A stretch of 63,941 nt of DNA, the filler included, from Collodictyon triciliatum (taxonomy: Eukaryota), in the NCBI GenBank assembly GCA_043381765.1. It is 10 parts of 9 records of this genome, joined end to end, with 100 filler letters (N's around TTAATTAATTAA, not from the genome) between each part and the next. Parts side by side here need not be neighbours in the genome. Positions count along the whole stretch, not along the records: positions 53,601 to 60,361 come from JBHJMP010004263.1; positions 60,462 to 63,941 come from JBHJMP010004304.1; 8 more parts are not named here. One strand, 5' to 3'. Shown here in pieces: positions 56,899 to 63,941 of the stretch. The notes beneath the pieces are model-generated. The model had not been told where the DNA came from. It ran no database searches and saw only the letters and a list, made by a program, of their open reading frames with translations. The stretch's first letter is position 1; each line of letters begins with the position of its first letter. The position numbers were made by a program, and so were the translations under genes.

Positions 56899-59800
56899 AA
56901 TGACGGAACCCGTCATCTCTTTGTAAAAACGACATCGTCCTTTGTTGAGAATGAGCTTATTCTATTGGATAATTTCAACATATTTCGTTTTTTCTAGCGA
57001 TATAATCTCGCTTTTTCCTATTAATTTTTACAAGGGTTTTGGTTTGGTCCACTAGCCATCTTTTGCACGAACGCTATTGGGTGACTGGATAGAAGATGCA
57101 GTCGGTAATGAGGATTTGCACCCAGCGCTTTGGTTTGTAGCCTGAGCTTTGTGCCTGCACGAGAGAGGTAAGACGAGGTCTAATTTTTTTCTCTGCCTTT
57201 TCTGATATGTTTATTATCACGAGCCTGAGTAATGAATAACGCGGAGGCGGAGAAAGAAGCCATTGAGGAACGAGATTTGTATGATATCATCCATCATGCT
57301 TTCTTAAATGATTCACATGCATGTCCATCTACTGCCACCAGGCATTGGGTTGTGTGTTCCTGCATCCAAGGAGGCTTTAGATTCATACACTTTGTTGAGA
57401 TTGCAAACAGTCTATACAATGCTGCATGGTTTCCACGCCTAAACAGCCAAGTCAAGATTAAACGACCCGATAATGCAAAAATCATTTCCAGACAAATAAA
57501 TAGTTTATTCTATTTTACAGAAGACAACCACTAAATAAAAAAACGATGTGCCACAATAGCCCAGAACCTTGCCCTCTTCATAAAGAATGAAACTCCAGCT
57601 GCGCGCCGTCGGAAAAACGTGCGTGTATTGTTTTGTTAGTAGCTGAAATGAAGAACAAATGGTAATATAAAATGCAGGCTCATAGGAAAAGAACGAAACT
57701 TTTTTATAATAGGTATTTTTGTTAGCTCTTGTAAAAAAAAAAAAATCACTTTTACATTTTCGCCAACACTCCAAGGAAGAACTTCCCAAACTCTCAATCT
57801 TCCAGAAGATTCCTCCTGGACTACTTACGAGAATCAATAAGATTCAAACTAAACCAAGAGAAATGAATAAAAAGGATAATAAATACTTTCGCTATACCCA
57901 ACTTGATGTGGTTCGTTTATCATAAATACATGCACAATAATATTCGTTTATATATTTGCTCATATTAATTAAGGCTCTTTGTTAAAATACGTGTCCTTGA
58001 ACTTATGTGACTCGAAACATCCGTTTCTTGAGTAACCTAACAAAGATAATGTTACTACCCATCACCAAAGTCGATCGCCATTAATCGGTGAGTATGGACG
58101 GGTCAAGTATGCAGCTGTGATGTAGATACAAGAAAATCCTGTACTTTTTCGATACAACATTCAAGGCTTTAAGCTGCACATAGGCGGGTAAAATTTGAAG
58201 TGAGAGAGCATACGTAGATGAAATAGATTAATGAGGGGATAATACTATTGGGAAGTGGGTGACTGAGATTAAACCAGGCGACTCACCAGGTGGCTACTGG
58301 AATTTTTGCTCCACGTTTACCTTTATGTCAATATACCTTATAATATTCAGTATTTTCACAGCAGCTCAGTCCTCATTATATATATATATATAGACTTCTT
58401 TTAATTGATAAAGGCACAATAAATGATTGTATACTCAATAGGAAGGGTACATAAGTGGTTGCATGCATGTTACAGTGGAGAGAATACCAGTTTATCTATC
58501 TCATTAGGCATTCATCATGGCTTTAGTAAGTCATAGGTATGAGGAGATACAATTAATCTGCACATACAGCCATCCTGCCGTGCGGCATCATATTACTGGA
58601 TAAAATTGAAGAACTTAAATATTATTACAATTTTTATCCTTTACGGTTTTTTGTTGTTGTTTCATGTGTCTTTGTGTAACACAATAAAAATTGGTGGTGT
58701 TATGAACCGATGTTGTATTGTGATTTTGTAATTATTGTTATTTTGTAAAAAGTAACATTGTAACTAGTCTTTGTTTTTTTTTGGATCTTTTCTGAATTTT
58801 GTACGGTGGATAATGGTATCATCTAATATTTTCATTTTTTTAATAATAAAAAAATGATATTAAGGAATACGGTTATTGGAGAAAGTATTTAGCTAACTTA
58901 AATGAGATCGTCTTTTAATCATGTACTGTTATCTGCCTGAAACGAGGGGATAATCACGAGGTATGAGATGGATGTTTGCTATCTTAACAGACTCTGTGTG
59001 AAGTGACCTTTCTCTATGTTGTTCTGCAACATAATTTATATGTCCTTTTTTTATAAATAATAATTTAAATAGTGCTCAAGATATTTATATATTGAAGTGA
59101 CGATTATAGAGATTCATGTGCTGAAATTGTGGCTCCTTAGTGAGATTATGCTTTTTGGATATGGTTGTATAACTGTTATTTGTATTAAGCTTTTGCATAT
59201 GATGTGATTTTCCTATGACATAGTGGTAATTTTGTAATTGGTATGAGTTTTAAAAAATCATAATCAAGCTAGGGAACCAAAGCCAACATCTCCACCATCC
59301 TGCACAAAAGCGAAAGAAAGAATAAAAAAATCATAATCAAAACCTCTTACTTTTTTTTTTTTTTGCAAAAGTTGAAAAGATAGAAAATCGTTTCCATTAG
59401 AATGACTCACGTAAATGGCATCTACGCTTTATGATTAACACCATATAAAGTAAAAAAAAGAAGTATCTATGGCCATGTTGATTTTTTCATTTCAAGGAAA
59501 TATACGAAGTATTAATAAATATAATCGAATGACTCCAGTTTTGTTCAACAATTAATGAATATAAGTGAGACTATAATTTTAATGGCACCAACTACATGAA
59601 ATCGAACTTGCATCTGGCAAACGGAACTTCATAATCAATCATATGTGACTGATATACCACTATTGAAGAGGACGTTTGAGAAAAAAATCATCAAGGACGA
59701 ATATTGCTTTTTTCGCATTCACCACGATTAATGACCGTCCTTTCCTTCGAGAACCTTACGAATATGAGCAGCCAACTGTGAGCTTGACGAAAGCCCGAAA

Positions 59801-60463
59801 ATGTGACGAAAATTATATATAAAATTATAGCAGACAACCCTGCCCTCGGCCTCAGACTCGTTTTTGCAAGACAAGGGAACACGGCTGCCTTCATTACAGA
59901 AGGGTACTTTATATCTCCTCAATCACCAATAAACCTCCATTCCGACCAAAACTGTCTTCAAGGTTGCACACTTATCTAATATACCGCTAGGTTGTCAGCT
60001 GGAACGACTCTTTTGAAGCCTGCAGTGAGCACTTCAACCAATCAAAATCAACTCGATAAAGACAGGAGGGATATTCATGAGCGATGTTCTCGTTACATTA
60101 GACGAAGAACAGCGAAAAATGGGAAGCGAGATACTTGCGAGACTTTGAGCAGATGGAGAAATGGCTCTTTGGACTAGGAAAGGAAAAAGAGAAGACCTTG
60201 TATCCGTCCTGCACACCATCTGAGAACATGCAACGTTTATTACCTCGCAACAACAAAAAGAACACCCACGACTTCTTCTCAAAGATGTGGTCAAGACGAG
60301 ACTATGATGCTGCTACTCTCGAGCTTATCACCACAAACTGCTCCATGGCTTCACCCTCGTANNNNNNNNNNNNNNNNNNNNNNNNNNNNNNNNNNNNNNN
60401 NNNNNTTAATTAATTAANNNNNNNNNNNNNNNNNNNNNNNNNNNNNNNNNNNNNNNNNNNNAG

Positions 60464-60548
<85 letters not shown>

Positions 60549-61279
60549 TAGACTTGGGTAATGGACGGTGCAGGTTATTATTTTCTTAGCTGAACTGGGA
60601 TTGTCAATATGGTAGCATTAAAGGTTGGGAGAGTTAGTGGGAGGTTTAATGGTGGTAAGTGTTGATGATATGTGAACTGCAGCAGCAAGGAGGTCGAGGA
60701 GAACTCTGGGGCTGGAGTATTCTTCACCACGAAGAGAAAAAAAAAGGAAAGGGGAAGAGGGAGAGGGAGAGGGAGAGGGGAGAGGGAGAGATATTGGGGA
60801 AGGAGTGAAAAAATTGGGGTAGACCAAAAAAAAAAAAATAGATGAGAAATGCACGAGTGTGACGAGAAAGAATTGAGAAGTAATTGAAGAGGAAAGCCCT
60901 ACGGCAGGATGGCGGATGGTTATTGTCGATTAGAAGACAGTCACGTGGACAAAGGCTGAAAAGCAGAAAGAAGATGAGGTTCATCAGTTTTCACCTTTCT
61001 TTGCTTGACTACTTCCCCACGAATTAAAGCCTCAGCATTTCAGTCTCCATGGTCTGTCAGTAATTATTTTTGAAGAAAATAATTGACAAAACCACGTTAA
61101 ACTATCTGATCCAAACCATCCCAGTCGCCGTCCAATCCTGAGATTATTACATCACAGCTTATCATTTCATTACTCTTTTTCTGCTGGGTCTACTTCAAGT
61201 CCTGGAGGGAAATTTCACACCTAAAAACTATGGAACTGCACAAAACTCTCCCAAACGTGCAGAACCCGTAGTGTCTTCC

Positions 61280-63663
61280 TTAAGCATGGCTGAAGTGCCC
61301 AGTATTTAGCTGGCAGCGGCTGAAGGAAACTCGAAGATTGAACCCGTCGATCTCCATGTCATGGTACTGGATGAGTCCATTTATCGCTTGTTCGGGTGAG
61401 TCCATCTGAATCAGAGCCATCTTGTTTGTACCTCTACAATTATTTCCAAAATTTGAGATGATATTAGCCATGCTGCTCCCATTACAATGCTAGAGAATTC
61501 ATCATGATATTGTCGAATATTTCATATGCGCACTAACAAAAAGAAAAATGTTATAAATTTGATTCATTACGGCAAAAATTGGAATCCTTTGATGAATCCA
61601 ACTTCGGTAAACTTCATCTTCAGCTCTTCCTCGTCTAAGGACTGTGGAATGTTCGAAATGTGCAAAGTTGCAGTGGGTGCGCAGATGTAACTCATGGCCT
61701 TTGGATTCGGTTTGATGTAGCGATTTCTTTTGCTTTCGGTGTAGTCCTTGGTAAGGTCTGCGTGTTGGTCCTAAAGGGCGAGAGTACGTGCAAGTGAACG
61801 CGAGTACTTCTGATAGGCGGTATCAAAAGCGCTAGATACGAAGGGGGGGGGGTTATAAAAAAATATTCATCATTAATTGGTCAATACCTGTTCTCTGGGC
61901 ATTGCGATAGTTTGATGCTTGGATGGATGAACTCTGATAGTACGCCCACGCACAACACAATCGTTTAAGTACATGATCGCATTGTTCCTATGAAGATGGA
62001 GATAATAAGTGCATTTTATCAATAGATAACAAAAGGAGCTGTATTTATTAGGCGTGTTAGTGTGTTGCGGGCTGCAGTGTTGTTTGAAATGTAATTAAAT
62101 TCTATCAAATATCAATTACGCTGCTTGGGCATTGGAGAAGTGGATAAGGGCGTGGTCCTTCTTGTTGAACAAGATTTTGATACGATTGATATTTCCGTAG
62201 AAGCCGAAAAGGTTGAACAAGTTGTCTGGGGTCATTCCCTTTTTGAAGTACGTAAATGTTGAGTGCACACTGACATGCAAAATATATATAGTCGAGTGCT
62301 TCTTAGTACGTGTCTATGCATCTGTTTCATGAGACGGATTTCAATAAAAGAAAGTGAAAAAAAGAGAGAAATTTTTGAACCTCGGGGAGTCCAGTGACTA
62401 GGACAACAGAGTTCATGGTCATAGCATCATGACGCCCGGATGAGGGACCTGCCCCCGCAGCTGGGCCAGGGTGGCCGAAGCCATATGGAGTCATGGGGCC
62501 GCCAAACCCCATAGACATGCTCATGGGCAAGCGACCTATTGATTATTCAGTAATGGCCAGCTTTATTGGTAAGGGATGGTTCTTTCTTTATCGTAATTCA
62601 TAGATTTGAGGAGCCCAACAATGAAATAGGCTCTTGATGAAAGTATAGGAAGAAAATAATACCTTCATCAATGGTGTAATCGCGGCAATGTGGTGTCTGT
62701 CCCTTGACAACCACAGATGTGAGTTTAGAATAGCAAAGTGTCAGCGTGCAGCAACCAGAGTAGATATCACGTCCATTGAGGTTCTAAAAAAAAAAAAACA
62801 ATGCAGGAAGACGAGCAGGGCAATCGGTTTAGTTCGAAGAACACCAGGGTTACGCATGTGTGCTGGAAATGAAAAGAGTGTGGAGGATATAGCATGACAA
62901 GCCTACATAAATGGCATTTGTTGCAGAAGGGATGTTGTCATACTGCACAAGGGCACGGAAATCTAGAATTTGTGGAATGAGATATGGTTAATTACCGAAG
63001 AATTAGTACTTTAGGAGACGACACAAGCAAAACTGACTTCGAAATGAGATTGTTTCTTTGTTTTAAGTTGAGTCATATGACTTGCCTGACTTCACAAAAA
63101 TGACGATTTTCAAGACGCGGCCGTAAATGGAAAACACCTGGTGAAGGGTATCCACAGAGATTTGGGGGATGGGATTGACTATTTTCACCAGTAAAATAGA
63201 GTTTGGTGGCACCTGTCGTGTTGTGGGTAATTTGATTGTTTAAATAATGCAGTTATTTCAGGTGAGGCGCACCCTGCAGCGAGTCAAAAGAGTTGGCTGG
63301 TCAGCGTACGATGCAGTGAGTGTATCGTTCGTTTGTTAGCATCACTAGAAGTGCAAGAACAACTATAAATACTTACATCGCCAGATTCACCGCCGTTCTC
63401 ACTGGACTTCACGATGGTTTCATGACGGGAGAAGTTCAGGTAGAAGGGGCGGTTCCTTTAAAATGAGAATGATAAGTATGAGAAAAGATGCACATTGCAG
63501 CTGAAGCGTCTTTTCCTACTCAAGATAAAAAGAAAATTGCACTCGAATAATGTTATCATGGATAAAAGGAAATGCTTTAACGGACTGGATGTATCCTTGC
63601 ATGCTCTCAAAGTATCTCATGGCCGCTTCGGCAGAGCTGATATCAGCAAATTCAATGATGGCC
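61280..63663 (-). CDS. PTB: Polypyrimidine tract-binding protein / hnRNP L family, four RRMs; 5' end near or beyond window end
   Basis: ISVDTLHQVFSIYGRVLKIVIF, NLNGRDIYSGCCTL, LFNLFGFYGNINRIKILFNKKDHALI, LTKDY, APTATLHISNIP, MALIQM, LRVSFS. Confidence 0.93.
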
Positions 63664-63941
63664 TGTATATAACAGGATGATGGGTTTGTAAGTCGGAAAT
63701 AAATAGGCGAAATAGTCAACTATGAAAGCAGGTTTCCAAACGAATGAAGAAGGAGAAGGAGGAGGAGAAAAGAACCACAATACACTTCCTCTTGATAAGG
63801 GTAGAAGGACACCAACAAAAGAAGTGTGTTAAATCGAATCAAATATTTCTATTTTTCTTTTCTTTTGCAAATATCATTTTCATGCTAAGCAGGTATGTTG
63901 TCTTGTACGGGGGAAAGTTTGCTCTGGGTTGAGTGACTCAC

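Noticed and set aside
57000-60361. Scattered exon-like segments on the minus strand and a stop-interrupted plus-strand frame near 59900-60361
   Set aside because: No coherent gene model or recognisable domain could be built by eye.

Overview
Intron-rich, AT-rich eukaryotic DNA, probably from a protist. The window is not one locus: nine identical 100-nt spacers (44 N + TTAATTAATTAA + 44 N) separate ten pieces, and six of the first nine are 6761-6774 bp, which points to size-sorted concatenation of unplaced contigs. Adjacency across spacers should not be trusted. Recognisable protein genes, reconstructed by eye across GT-AG/GC-AG introns: a two-domain membrane class III nucleotidyl-cyclase-like protein with degenerate catalytic motifs, LRRIQ1-like, DUF4062-NACHT, a SAM methyltransferase, a Cys-nucleophile alpha/beta hydrolase ending in CaaX, an SbsA/Big_5 Ig-like protein, an F-box fragment, a TRIM-NHL-like protein, an O-FucT+GT8 double glycosyltransferase, SERINC and PTB/hnRNP-L. 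The most interesting piece is contig 6875-15186: a nested inverted-repeat cluster with two U2 snRNA genes and four near-identical copies of an unrecognised ~100-nt structured element. That element has the same upstream motif as U2 and contains a base-paired AG|GUAUG splice-donor-like site, so it is a candidate novel snRNA or spliced-leader-like RNA. A family of ~30-bp micro-insertions flanked by direct repeats is also visible.
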